Source of the DNA: Selaginella moellendorffii | Taxonomy: Eukaryota > Plantae > Lycopodiophyta | Assembly: GCF_000143415.4 (NCBI RefSeq) | Contig: NW_003314290.1 | Location: forward strand, 1,413,244 to 1,477,243 | Reading direction: 5' to 3' | DNA: 64,000 nucleotides | Part shown: positions 25,765 to 37,625 of the stretch, piece after piece | Layout: the number at the start of each line of letters is the position of its first letter | Numbering within the stretch: position 1 is the first letter of the stretch | Program-made: the position numbers and the translations under genes | Notes under the pieces: generated by a model | Told to the model about the DNA's origin: nothing | The model's database searches: none | Seen by the model: the letters and a program-made list of their open reading frames with translations, nothing else

Positions 25765-26084
25765 CTCCATTTCTGCACTGAATCTATCAATCTTTCCATT
25801 GTGTAGACCAGCTATCCATGTAGTCATCCACTTGTACCGCAGTCCCACGGTGGATACCTTTGTCTGGGATGCTCCACAAAAGAAAGGACATAAGCATGGA
25901 TGCCCAATATGTATGATTTTCAAACTCCATTTCCGCACTGAATCTATCAATCCTTCCATTGTGTAGACCAGCTATCCATGTAGTCATCCACCTGTACCGC
26001 AGTCCCATGGTGGATACCTTCATCTGGGATGCTCTACAAAAGGAAGGACGTAAGCATGGATGCCCAATATGTATGATTTTCAAA
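25765..26084. repeat. 160-bp tandem duplication (2 copies) within the retroelement
   Basis: ctccattt.gcactgaatctatc...gtatgattttcaaa at 25765-25924 and 25925-26084, with a few substitutions. Confidence 0.9.
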
Positions 26085-26534
26085 TTTAAGGGTAGGAATA
26101 TACCTTGCTCAAGGGTATATTATATTTTAAGTAGCCATTAATCTATGGAAATCAAACCCATGCCATTTACTCCGATACCAACTATAGCACACCCTATCTC
26201 TTTCCCCTTAAGCCAACTGGAAAAAGGGCAATTGCTTAATGAAAGAGCCCTTAGTGGCTATTTTATCCTCATTTATCCCCCAAGGTTCCAAGGATCCATG
26301 GTGACAGTATATCCAAATTTCATCCCTTGATCACATGCACTATAGTGGAAGAGCCACCATAGCAAATGCTTAATTTGTATTCATGATAAATTCCACTATA
26401 TTCACCTTAGCATTTTTTAATCCCTTCACAAGAGGATAATCCTTACCGTGATGTTTAGCCTTATGACAACAAAAACAATTACCCTCCACTTTGTCTTTCT
26501 CACGCTGATCCAAACGCACATGGAACAATAGATG

Positions 26535-26729
26535 TGTAAGCTCCTGAATTTGGACTTCCCGGGAGGTCACCCAGCCCAGTACTATTCAAACCCAAGGACG
26601 CTTAACTCCAACTATCCCAAAACCCTTAACCGATTGAAAAAGGGGGTGCATTCTTATTCATGGGCCCTTTCCCTCTATATTTGAACCCCTATGGATCGTC
26701 TCTCGAGTCGTTCCCTTTGGTTGCTTACA
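26535..26729 (-). mobile_element. 5S-rRNA-containing solo LTR (Cassandra TRIM-like) nested in gypsy gag
   Basis: Termini TGTAAGC...GCTTACA and a perfect 5-bp target-site duplication AGATG (26530-26534 and 26730-26734). The internal minus-strand AGTTAAGCGTCCTTGGGTTTGAATAGTACTGGGCTGGGTGACCTCCCGGGAAGTCC resembles the 5S rRNA A-box/IE/C-box region. Confidence 0.85.
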
Positions 26730-28002
26730 AGATGTTTCTTCCCTGAAGATGAAGTTTTGGTAAGTTGGTCATCAATTTCTTAGTTGGCTTCAGTCTTATT
26801 GATAATAATGTTTTGCCACTCACTTGACAGAAAGATCACTTGCACAAATACCCTGTAGACCATCCTATTGACCAGAGTTGATTGATAGTTTCGGTGAAAA
26901 GATCTAAGCCTTGGTGATAGCATTAATCAATGTGGCTGGAAAATCCTTCTTGACCTTGTATTGTACATCCATAGAACTCAAACTTTTGATGAAACATTGC
27001 ACCTTAGCAACTCATTATAAATGTCTATAAGACTAAGGCAAAGATCATGAAACTTGCAGGCATACACATCCAAAGACAAAGTCCCCTATTGAATCTCTAA
27101 CAGCTAGTTTATGAGATCAGCCTCTTCAAACTTCTTGACAAACGAAGCATAGAAAACCTTCATCAAATCAGTCCAAGAAGTTAGCTTTGGATTAACTTTG
27201 ATGTAATTTTTCCATCATGAAGAAGTATGGCCAGTAAGTTTCTTTATAAAAAAATCAATCTTCACCTTATCCTCACAAGGATTGTAAGACGAACAACTTT
27301 CCCACAATTCTAACCAAGAATCAACCTCCTGACTATCATAAATATTCAGTGATGACTTTCATTCCACGATACTATAATCTTTGGCATGCTTAACATACCA
27401 ATGGTAATCATGGATATGAGATTGATTAACCTCTTTAATGTCATTTTGAACCTCAGAAATCTTGTGGCAAGGCAACATTATCAAGAGTTTTTTATGGCCA
27501 TTATCATTAATGCCATACTCATCAGGATCAATATCTTGCTCACCTGCCATCCCCACAAGAACATGTGTCACCAGGTTGTAATGCTTTAAGGGTTGGGAGG
27601 TTGGCCTAGGGTTTTCTCTTTTGTTTGTTTCATTGGTAGTAGAGCAGAGGTTTTCCTTAAGTTGTCAGATGCATAATAGTTTCTAAAAAGAGGTGGTAGT
27701 GCTAAGTTGTCTTTATGGTATTGTGAGCCTTGGACAATTTTATAGCATATAAGGGATCTTTGGAATTGCTAGCTAGTTCAAAGATTCATCTAATGTTCCA
27801 TGTGAGCAAGCTTAAATGTTTGCACTTTAGCGATGTTGTGGATCAATCCATTTGGCGATGTTGTGGATGATGGTCATGAGGGAGGGGAAAATGACATGAA
27901 CCATAAAAGTATTCCAAGAATATCCATGGTATGTGGGATTTAAGGCTATAATGCCTTAAGGGTTGGGAGGTTGGTCTAGCATTTGCTCTCTTGTTCGTTT
28001 TA

Positions 28003-28527
28003 GAGCTCACCCATGTTCAAGCACAAGGGAATTGCCTGTCCGAATCCAGACTCAACAATTACAACATAATAAAGGGTGTGTGCTTGGGAGGGGTTGTGTG
28101 GCTACTTGCAACATCACACTCCTTGCTTGCCACCACAATGCACATTGGGATGGATCCTGGTGAAGGCCAAGAGACTTGGTCAGACCTAAGGTTGAGATCT
28201 TTGCATGTGATGGTGGTGGGCTAATTGGCAATTAATCCTCTTGATGTGGTGGTGTGTACCTTTGGTAGAGGACTGCACACCCATTGTTATGGTGCAACAC
28301 ATATGCTTGTGCTGAGTCTTGGCCAATGCCTTGGTAGAATCAGGAGATTCAAATGACCAACATGTATAGTGTGCCACAGCTCAAGCTAACCTCTCACTTT
28401 TGTAGTGTTTTGGGGCAGTAGGGGTGTTCACACCCCCTTCTAAGCACACACCCCTTGTTGTGCTGTAATTGTTGAGTCTGGATCTAGGTGGGCAAAATTC
28501 CCTCATGCTTGAACGTTGGGTGAGTTC
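28003..28527. repeat. ~100-bp imperfect inverted repeats enclosing ~330 bp (MITE/foldback-like)
   Basis: 28003-28098 (gagctcacccatgttcaagca...tccagactcaacaattaca...gtgtgtgctt) is the approximate reverse complement of 28429-28527. Confidence 0.7.
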
Positions 28528-28841
28528 AGTCGCATGGGGGCTTAATTAATGCTTCACAACCTCTACCCTTTGTTAAAAAGGCATGTGATGGGGGTAACAA
28601 GAAGTCATATGCTCTATGAATGACCGTTTGGAATCTCAGGCAAGATATGTATTTCTGCTTGGCAAAAGGATCAATCACTCCATAGTATGGTAAAGTTTTC
28701 TCCTCTTGTGTTGTCCCTGATGGGTGATGGCTCCATTTACTTATGATGCTGAATGAATTGATGACCACCAAGTTCAGATCCAAGTGGGCAATTCCCTTGT
28801 AAAGGTTAAAACCCTAAAATGAGGGAACTGGAACCCCAAGT

Positions 28842-29821
28842 TTATTTAATTGTAATTGGAGGTGCCAAATAACCTCTTCTGTCAAGGAACGTAATCACTG
28901 TGGTGGCCATTTCGTCTGGAGTGCCATTCTCAACTCCCATTGTAATCTAGGCAGAGATATAACATTAAAAATGCTGCTGAAAACCTCAAGAGTTAATCTA
29001 CCTCGCAGTCGAGAGGCTCCTCATATGGATCATCTATACCAGTAAAACCTGTGAATCCAACTGTGATGCCAGCAATCTTAAAGTAAAAGAAAACTGACCT
29101 TTGATTTTCCCGGCACGAGCAAGCTTGTAAAGTCCCTTGGGATCTCTTTTTTCGCAAATGCTCAATGGAACTTTGAGGTAAACCTCCTCAAATGAAGAAA
29201 CTACTTTAGGAAATAGTTCGTAGAACAAAACTGTATACCTCAATGAAATCTCCAGGAGGAAGTAGCTCGCGACATAAATTTCTGTCGTTTCTATACGGTG
29301 AAATGAAGCTCGCAATGCATATTAGCCCTGCATCCGCAAATAGCTTGGCCACTTCACCTAGAAAAAAAATTTAAATTAAAGGGATTATCCACATAAGCTA
29401 AGAACACAATTTAGAACTAAAGAGCTTAAAAACTAAGAGGAACAAGATCAAGATCAGAGAATTATAAGTCTCACCAACACGTCTAATGTTTTCAGCACGA
29501 TCTTTAGTGCTAAAGTCCAAGTTTTTGTTGAGCCCATGGCGAAGATTATCACCATCGAGGACATAGCTGAGCTTGTTCCGGCTCAACAGTGCGTGATCAA
29601 GCTTGCAAGCCAAAGTACTCTTTCCTGAGAAAAAGATTTCAAGCAATCATATAAAAAAACAACAGAAAAACCAATAGAACTTTGATTTTACCTGAGCCAC
29701 TGAGACCTGTGAGCCAAATTACACATCCCTTTTGCCCTAGTGCTATTTCCCGCTCTTGTTTCTTCACCACGCTCTTGTGCCAAAAGATTTTCGGGGAGGA
29801 CAACAACTTTAGCGAGTCCAT
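28842..29821 (-). CDS. APK: Adenylyl-sulfate (APS) kinase, multi-exon, no obvious transit peptide
   Basis: [24 protein letters not shown] (P-loop), [58 protein letters not shown]; ends APPITIK*. Confidence 0.92.
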
Positions 29822-30481
29822 TACCAGTGAAAAATAGAAATATAATATAAAAAATAAGTCTTTCATACGTATATATAGCTTTCCACATTTAAAGACCAAC
29901 TTCTTTAAGAAGATTAGGGTTCAACTTTTTGGGGCATTGAATTGGATGGACATTGCCAAAAAGAAAAGTATGCACAGGATCAAATCTCGCCCACGTAGCT
30001 CTCATGGCTTTTGGATGAAGAGAGTGAGGACCACTCCAACCAAATTCATCGCCCTGCGTGAAGGGATCTCTCGCATATACACGACAAATGCTCTACTTTT
30101 TCCCAGCAAACCCAGCACATCTTGCGATTAAACAAGGTCTGTGCGTTAGCGTGTATAGTGTCGTGGGTGAGGACAAAGACGCTCTTTTGAGGGTGGAAGC
30201 TCGCTCTCCAGTAGCTTTGCAGCTTTTTCGTTTAAATGCTGGCCACTGGGGCCTCTGGTGTGTTAATTCTCGAAAAGGAGGAAAGAGGCAGCTATCAATC
30301 ACGGCCCATGCCTGGAGAGCGCTAGAAATCGCGCGAGCGAGCGAGTTTGGTGCATCATGTCTTGGCTGTGATCCTAAAATTCCTGGCTCATGGCCGCGAT
30401 GGAGTGTTTAGATTTCTCCTTCTAGCGTTGTGGAGTTTGGAGGGAAGGATCCTTCCTATCAGTGGAGTACCAAATTGGATC

Positions 30482-31750
30482 ATGATCCGGGTAGAGGACG
30501 GCAAGGAGTGTCCGCCAAGCAAGCGCCCCCGGCCAGATCGTCAAGGATCGTCACCAATTCTGGATCCCCTGCTTCCAGGCCTCCCGGATGATCTAGCGCT
30601 GCTGTGCCTGGCTCGGGTCGATCGAATCTCCGCGCTGTGGGGAGTGGCGAGGTCCTGGCAGCGCCGCCTGTACGATTGCCCTTTCTTCTTCCCCGCTCGC
30701 GCGAAGCTGGGGCTGCCGGGCGGATTTAACTGGCTCTACGTTCTCATCGCGTCCAAGAACACCAATAACAGCTTGGATTTGGATGATCATCGCACCGGAG
30801 GCGCCGCCGCCTTCCAGTGGTACGCTTTCGATCCTTTGGCGGCCAAATGGCATCGCCTCCCTCCCATGCCACACGACGTGAGATTTGAGCTCTCGCGCCG
30901 TGGATTCTTGCCGGGCCCTTATTCGCTCTCCTCCATCCAATGCGCCAGCACTAGCGACAAACTCATCGTTGTCGCCGGGACACGTACCGCCGGCGCCGGC
31001 ACCCAGACAGCACCATCATCACGCGCCGCCACCGCCAGCGTACCGCGGGCGCCACCTGGCGGTATGCCGCCGGTGGAGCCTGCGCTGGACAGCCCGCTCG
31101 TCTTCCACGTGCGCACCGCCAGCTGGAGCCGGGGCCCACGGTACACCGTCCCGCGCCGCTGGTGCAGCTGCGGCACAACCGCCGGCGGCCAGCTGCTCGT
31201 CGCCAGCGGCTGCGGAAACGAGTGGGACCTGCGTACCGCGCGGCAGGCGGAGATGTGGGACACCAACGGCGGCGCCGTCGCGGGGTGGCGCGCGGTACAG
31301 CCGCTCGAGTCTTCCAAGCTCAGCCGCGAGGCGACGCCGGCGGTGGAGTTTGACGGTAAGCTCTATATGGTGAGCGCGCGCAGTGGGCTGGTGTTTAATC
31401 CGGGGAGCGAGACGTGGGAGCCCATGCAGAGCGGACTGACGCGCGGATGGAACGGGCCCGGCGTCACCTCCGGCGGTAAGCTGTTCGTCATGGATGATAC
31501 CGCCGGGCGGATCAAGGCGTACGACGGCGGTACGGAGAGCTGGGTTTGCGTGCTCGAGGACAAGAGGCTCAAGAACTTGAGGAATGTGGTGGCGGCGCAT
31601 GGGAAGATCTGTGGATCGGTAGGGGGATTGATCAGGGTCGTAGACATTGGGAAGAATCCGGTGGAGTTTAGGGACATTGAAATTCCTGTGGAGGGACAGA
31701 TCATGGGGTTGCAAATTCTCTCCAAATTGGAGGGAAGTGTGGAATTGTGA
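30482..31750 (+). CDS. F-box/kelch-repeat protein, intronless
   Basis: LLPGLPDDLALLCLARV F-box followed by kelch-like repeats (AFDPLAAKWHRLPPMP, LVASGCG, GKLYMV, GKLFVMD). Confidence 0.88.
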   Translation: MIRVEDGKECPPSKRPRPDRQGSSPILDPLLPGLPDDLALLCLARVDRISALWGVARSWQRRLYDCPFFFPARAKLGLPGGFNWLYVLIASKNTNNSLDLDDHRTGGAAAFQWYAFDPLAAKWHRLPPMPHDVRFELSRRGFLPGPYSLSSIQCASTSDKLIVVAGTRTAGAGTQTAPSSRAATASVPRAPPGGMPPVEPALDSPLVFHVRTASWSRGPRYTVPRRWCSCGTTAGGQLLVASGCGNEWDLRTARQAEMWDTNGGAVAGWRAVQPLESSKLSREATPAVEFDGKLYMVSARSGLVFNPGSETWEPMQSGLTRGWNGPGVTSGGKLFVMDDTAGRIKAYDGGTESWVCVLEDKRLKNLRNVVAAHGKICGSVGGLIRVVDIGKNPVEFRDIEIPVEGQIMGLQILSKLEGSVEL

Positions 31751-32017
31751 TGAGATTGTCTTTGAATTTTTGCGATGACATCTGTCTTTGATTTTTTGCG
31801 ACTTTCCAACCATGGAATCTGGTACCTTGGCTCAATTATTTTCAAATCAGCAGTGCCCTTTAGAGGCAAATGTTCCAAGCACAAAAGAAGACTATCATCG
31901 CATCTATGGGATCTTATAAGATTCAAGTGTGGGAACTTTTTTTTTAAGAGAAAAAAGTTACAAACAAAAATTGTTTTGGAACTCCGTTACAATCACTTAA
32001 TAGTGACTCTATTTTTA

Positions 32018-32380
32018 CTATGCGGGAGTGGAAGATCGATCGGGGATTTCTTCCAGAGAGTGCCACCAGCATCCGGAAGAGACCGCCGGCATTTGCGAGT
32101 GCTCGCATCGCTCCTCGCGGAGCTTGGCGTGATCGGCCTGTTGGGCGCTCGATTTCCCACTGGGGGCGTAGAATCCGGTCGCTGGATCGGGAACCCACCA
32201 CGATTTGATCGAGGGCTCCTTGCTCGTCTCCGCCGCCGCCGTCCCGATTGATCTCGTCAAGAACATTCTAAAAAATCGAAAGAAATGAGGCAAAAACATC
32301 GAAGAAAAAGCCAAAACTTACATCGATCTTCCCTGCGATGATGAGGCGATCGATCTCTTAGCTACGATTGCCGCCGCCAT
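32018..32380 (-). CDS. LEA_3 family (Lea5/SAG21-like) protein, 2 exons
   Basis: MAAAIVAKRSIASS leader, one GT-AG intron, and the conserved W-motif WVPDPATGFY...DHAKLRE. Confidence 0.82.
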
Positions 32381-32540
32381 GGCTAGCTAGAGATTGGGGA
32401 AGAAAAAAAATCTCTCGAGCTACCGAAAACTGTGAGACAAGGCCGCCTCTTTAGGCTCTTTAAAAATAGCAGTGTCTGGGAGCGGAATATTCCGCCGCGT
32501 CGACAGCCGTGAGCGAACTGTGTACGCCGCCGTCAGTGAG

Positions 32541-32554
32541 CACGTGGAGTCGGC
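32541..32554 (-). promoter_or_regulatory. Adjacent ABRE/G-box and DRE/CRT upstream of the LEA_3 gene
   Basis: CACGTGG at 32541-32547 and GCCGAC (minus strand) at 32549-32554, about 160 bp upstream of the LEA ATG. Confidence 0.5.
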
Positions 32555-33014
32555 ACTAGGTATAGGGCTACCGCCAGATTCAGCGCGTGAGCGCTCCGCT
32601 AGATTTGGCGGCATACCTGTGCATGCTGCCACGCGTTTGGCGGCATCGTTAAACCCCGTTAATAAACCTTTGTCTTTAGCTAAACCCCATGCCAGTTTTT
32701 AGGGTTCTTCGATTCGCGCATTTCTGGCGAGATGATCGTTCTAGGGAGCTAGCTTGGGGCGGCGAGCGCATGATCTTTGCTTGGATTTCTGGTGGAGAGA
32801 TCTTTCGTTTCTCTCATGTGTCATCGCGAGCGGATGCTTCGGGGAGCGAAAGCCCCCAAACGCGCCCCAAGGCCGCTGCCGCTGCTCATCGAGGCGGTGC
32901 GATTCATCGGTCATGAGCGCTGGGATTTGGAGGAGTATCCTCAGCTGAGCTGATCCAGGAAGGAGAGGGGGAAGGATTTTCATCCACCGCCAGGTCGGTT
33001 GTCCCGGAGATCTT

Positions 33015-33176
33015 GCTCGAAATTTCGAGCGGCGACAGCGGCAGCGGAAGGGCCTCGCTCGAAATTTCGAGCGGCGACAGCGGCATCGGAAGAGCCTCGC
33101 TCGAAATCGAGCGGCGGCCAGCGGCATCGGCCAGATCTTCCTCGAAATCTCGAGAATCTTGCTCGGAATTTCGAGC
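33015..33176. repeat. 42-bp tandem repeat carrying a 16-bp palindrome GCTCGAAATTTCGAGC
   Basis: Perfect palindromes at 33015 and 33057; degenerate copies at ~33099, ~33141 and ~33161. Confidence 0.8.
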
Positions 33177-33184
33177 GATCGGCC

Positions 33185-34795
33185 ATGGGCCAGCAGGATC
33201 TGAGGCGGAATCGTGCCCAGCAGCAGAGGAATCAAACTACATTGTTGCATGGCCGATCGAGGAGCGGCGGTGGCCGCGGCGGCGGCGGCAGTGGCAGTGG
33301 CAATGGTGGGCGATTCTCGGTGTGCTCTTCGTGGTTCGATGTGCGCGTGCTCTACGCCCGCGTCGCGTTCTGCGCCGTGGAGGAGGCGCCGGAGCTCCTC
33401 ACGATCTGGTTCCCGCCGCGCGGCATCGACATCGCGCTGGAGGTGAATGGAGGCCGCGTCGCGCCGTCCGAGGAGGCATGCATCGCCCTCCGGCGGGACC
33501 GCCTGGACTTAGAGTCCGAGGAGGTGACGTTCGTGAGCACGGACAACCTTCGGACGTCTGGATCGCTGGCTTTCGAGATCTACCATCGCCACGACTTCCT
33601 GGTGTCGGGCTGCCTCAAGCAATCGGTGATCAGCAGCCACGATAGCTCCAGCTTCTGTGAGGGAGGTATGCCGGGGATTAGAAAGCTCGGGTGGCGGATG
33701 GAGTGTAGCTGCGAGGCCGGTAGCTCAAAGTGCTCGTTTGTTCGCGTCCAGCAGCACCACTTACGATCGCCACCACCACCGCCATCGCCATCGCCCTCTT
33801 CTTCTTCCAGTTCCAGCTCGAGCTTGACGACTTTGATGGAAGTTTGCGTGGTGGGGAGGTATATCGGGTCTCCGGTGATTCTAACCCAGACTGTCCAGCT
33901 TAATGCGAGGAGAAGCCGGCTCAGGTGCACGGTGCTAGATGTCATCCCGGAGGACGAGGAGTGCTGTGGCGCCGCCACCCCGACGCCCAAGAACAGGTGC
34001 TTTGGCAGCGGTGGCGGTGGTGGTGGTGGAGTGCCGAGGAACTGTTTCGTGACCGATCAACAGCAGCAACAACTGGTAGGTTCCCTTAGCCTTTTGGTTT
34101 CTTGCCTTCCTTCCGGCCCCTCTCGTTTTGTTGGTTTGCACTGGTTTCTAGGATTTGATTCCTGGGTGGAGATGGTGGCTGCGATTGTTTAGAGTTTTAT
34201 AGGCATTGTTTTTGCTCTCTCTTTCTCCAGCTCTTTTTCTTTTATTCCTATTGCTGCTGCTTCTCTCCCTCTCTCAGTTATTATCTCCCAGCCAGCAGCA
34301 TTCATCAGTTTCTCCGAGTGTTTTCTTGCGACAGTCTGTCCATGATTGCCTGCCGCTGTCTGGCCACCAGTTTCGTTTTCCCGTGTTTTTGTTTAGGTCC
34401 GGAGATTCTCTCTTCCCATGGACCCGCGCTGATCCCTCGCTTGATTTGATGGCTTTGACTAACAATATCTCTCGCACTCGCTCTCTAAAATCTTATAAAT
34501 CTCTTTGTCGCTGCAGGGCAAGAACTTCCCAGAGGCTGCCGAAGTATCCGTATCAGCCGTCAAAAGCAGAGACGGCGACGACGGCGTGGATCGCGACGAC
34601 GATGACGACGAAGAGTTTCGCAAGCTGTACGAGAGCGACTACGAGGAGAATGGAGACGTCTCGTGGTTTAACGCGGGCGTCCGGGTTGGAGTTGGCATCG
34701 GGCTGGGGATGTGCTTGGGCGTCGGGCTGGGAGTCGGGCTCATGGTACGCACTTACAACGCCACCGCCAGATCCTTCCGCCGAGGTCTTCTCTGA
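33185..34795 (+). CDS. At1g01500-like uncharacterised plant protein with C-terminal TM helix, 2 exons
   Basis: WFDVRVLYARV, LRRDRLD..SEEVTFVSTD, MEVCVVG...ILTQTVQL and WFNAGVRVGVGIGLGMCLGVGLGVGLMVRTY; intron 34076-34516. Confidence 0.8.
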
Positions 34796-35145
34796 TCTTC
34801 ATGCTTCTCCCTCTTGTGCTTGTGAATAGAGCGCTTTCTTTTTTACTTTCTTTCTTTCTTTCCTCAAACTAAGAGAGGCCGTTAATAAATAGGTAGAATC
34901 CGCAAAATTTTGTTTGTATCTATTTTTATTTTTTTCTCCCATCTTTCTTCTGCTTGATTATATATATTTTGTTTCTGTACGTTGGGAATATCAATAGAGA
35001 AAAACGGCAGACCGACGGATCTAAAAATTTTTGGTTGGGATCGTGACATTGTCAATTTGTCACGGGAGAGAGAGAATGAGAGAGCTCGAGCTTTTAAAAA
35101 AGTAAGCCGCGGATTCTTTTTTGGGTATGCTGCGGCTTCTATCGG

Positions 35146-37549
35146 CTACATGCCGAGCCGACAAATCGGGTTTGACTTGATTAGCTTGAGGTCGACCTGC
35201 GCAGCAAACACAGGTCAACACATGTGTCTACTCTCTTTCGTCACAGCTCACCTTGTGTCCAAAGAGATCTCTTATGTTGTCGATGCCATATAAAATCATC
35301 GTGGGCCTAGAAAGCGAAGCGAACATGAAGAACAAACAAGAAACGCGAAAACCAAGAAATACCTTTCTAGAGATAGCCCCCATGCAATCACAGAGACGTC
35401 ATCTGGAAGTCCCATTGGAAGGAGCATCTCGGGTCTAAACATGCCCGAGTTTCCGACTTCCACCCACTTATTCAGCTGCTCGTGATAGCTGTTGCAGCAC
35501 GAAATAAGTGTCAGCAGCGCGGACGATCCGTAGAGAGGATATACTTGCCTGAAAATCTCCATGCTCGGTTCGGTATACGGGTTGTACGCCGGCTTGAATC
35601 TCAGCTTCTTCATTCCTGTCAATGCGTTTTAAGCCGAAGAAGAAAAGAGTCGCTGGGTGGTAGAAAGTGTGGCTCACCTAACCGAGAGAAAAAGTCATTA
35701 AGAACCCCAATGAGATCTCCGAGTGTTAGGCCCTTGTCACAAATCAAGCCTGAAAATATTACGGTCATTTTGGTGACACAAGAGAAAAGAGACCGCCTTA
35801 AACTCACCCTCAATTTGATGGAACTCTGCCAGATGCGTTCTGTCTACTGCTTCGTTGCGAAAGACACGATCAATGGAGAAATAACGCTTGGGAACAAATC
35901 CATCCTATTGGGAAACCAAACAAAAGGTCAGTTGGCCAGCTAGTTGATGCCTTCAAGACCCCCGTACCTGGGCCAATTTGTACAGCATACGAGAAGAAAC
36001 AGCAGTCGTATGTGTACGTAAAACATTCTTCTCGGCCTCCTCCCTTTTCCAATCGTACATGTATCTGCTCCAGGTACAAAGTTTTGAGTGCAAGAAGAAG
36101 ACGATAGATAAATCATACCCAATGGAACCAAAGCCACCTTGTTCATGGATTGTCTTCACACGCTCCAGGTAGTCTTCCGGGAATGTCTGCGTTTTACAAG
36201 GACCTACATGACCATAAAATGATAAACATATCACGAACACACTTACTTTTTAAGAAGAATGTGTCGTGTGAGTCCCGGGCAGGATGCTGCTGCGGCTGGA
36301 ACAAGGCATCGAAATTCCAGAAGCTATCGTAAAGACAAATGCTTAAACTCGACGCAATTGTTGTCAAGACAAGTACCTGCTTTCAACAAAATTGTTCGTA
36401 GGCATCTCCTCAAACCTGTAACCAGTATGATTGCAGTTTTATATAAATAAGGAAGTCACGAAACCCACCCCATCTCCAAGAAAATCTGCCTGAACTTTGT
36501 TCGCACCTGAAGGAGACTGTTAACAATGGAGAAGAAAATGGCAAACTCCTGCTACCTTCAGCAATGGATGTAAATGACCACCTTCCGTTGGTTGTCCAAG
36601 AGCTTGGAAATTGTACGGTTTGAATGCAACCTCTGACCAGGTTTCCCTGGAAAAACAAGATTGTATCAATTTCCGAAGTAACACTCTTAGATTTACTTTA
36701 GTAGCATCTCACGAGTAACCTCAGTTGCCGCTTTCGTTCTCGTTGGAGCGTAATTCGCTCCCTTTGTTATGGAATACGCCTTCCATACCCTGTAAGAACG
36801 TTTATCAAAAACGAAACTCTTGATCCCCGAAAAAAGAATATATACTTAGGAACTATAAGCTTCCGTTTTTTCAAAGCATCAATGTCAGCCGCTGATAAGT
36901 TCTGGAAAAAAGCAGACAAATATGAAACTTAGACTCGCGACAATATAAATTTCTTCACCTTGCCATCCTTAATGTCTAGTAGCTGTTGTTTCACAACATC
37001 CTCAACCTTCAAAACCTTGTGAAGAAAGAAACGGAAGTTAGAATAACACAACAAAACTTCTATAGTCTTACCTTACGAGAAACCAATGGCTTGGTCTCCA
37101 GCCACTTGTTACTCATTGCTTTGCGGAAACCAATGGAAAACACACTGTCATCCAGCTTTCTCTACAAATAGAAGATAGAAGATATCAAAGGAATCACAAT
37201 AGCGTGACACAAACCTGCAAATCTTCTCGCGAAATCCCTCCAGCCGGAACCGCGTCAAACACTTGTACCTCGGGGGAGCCATTCCGGCTGTACACCAGCC
37301 CCTCCTCCGTCAACTCCCACGACTCCCGTCTCACATCCTACACAATGCGGGCGTTGCCGACCACAATCCTCGCGAAATCGACCTCACCTTGGCCTCAATG
37401 AAGCCAAATCCGTGCAAACTCTTGATCGTCCCCGCCAGCAGCTCGTGATCCACGCCTAGATCCCGCGCAAACGCCTCGGAATTGGAAATCTCGGCATTCG
37501 ACTCCAGGAAAGCGAGAAGCGCCCTCTCGGCGCCATCGGCGTCCCTCAT
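35146..37549 (-). CDS. Cytosolic phenylalanyl-tRNA synthetase alpha subunit, multi-exon
   Basis: [76 protein letters not shown] and [15 protein letters not shown]; ends CRLGM*. Confidence 0.95.
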
Positions 37550-37558
37550 CCCCACTAC

Positions 37559-37584
37559 AACCCTAAGTTTCCACTAAACCCTAA
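37559..37584. promoter_or_regulatory. Telo-box motifs upstream of PheRS-alpha
   Basis: AACCCTAA (37559) and AAACCCTAA (37576) immediately 5' of a translation-machinery gene. Confidence 0.5.
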
Positions 37585-37625
37585 ATCCCCGAAAACTTTA
37601 ATGCATTAGTTTTATTCCGTACAAT

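Larger units (their letters stand above)
22760..27560 (-). mobile_element. Decayed Ty3/gypsy LTR retrotransposon internal region (gag-PR-RT-RH-IN), many stops and frameshifts
   Basis: Gag Zn-knuckle remnant CFCCHKAKHHGKDYP (~26.45 kb), protease-like HNFLSSKVVKKLGL...VIFGKEW (~25.6 kb), FRDVFPNKLPNGLP, RT motifs [13 protein letters not shown] and YFDDILVF (~24.7 kb), integrase DPKFTSRF (~23.3 kb). Domain order is gypsy-type; LTR ends were not resolved. Confidence 0.88.

Noticed and set aside
26550-26612. Functional 5S rRNA gene
   Set aside because: Only ~60 nt of the internal region is present, without 5S ends or a T-run terminator, and it sits inside an LTR with a target-site duplication.
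30593-31926. Long antisense and alternative-frame ORFs over the F-box gene (also over 32.7-34.1 kb and 63.2-63.9 kb)
   Set aside because: Expected by-products of GC-rich coding sequence, with no independent motifs.
33015-33176. CRISPR-like array
   Set aside because: The 'spacers' are near-identical to each other, the context is eukaryotic and there are no cas genes. It is a simple tandem repeat.
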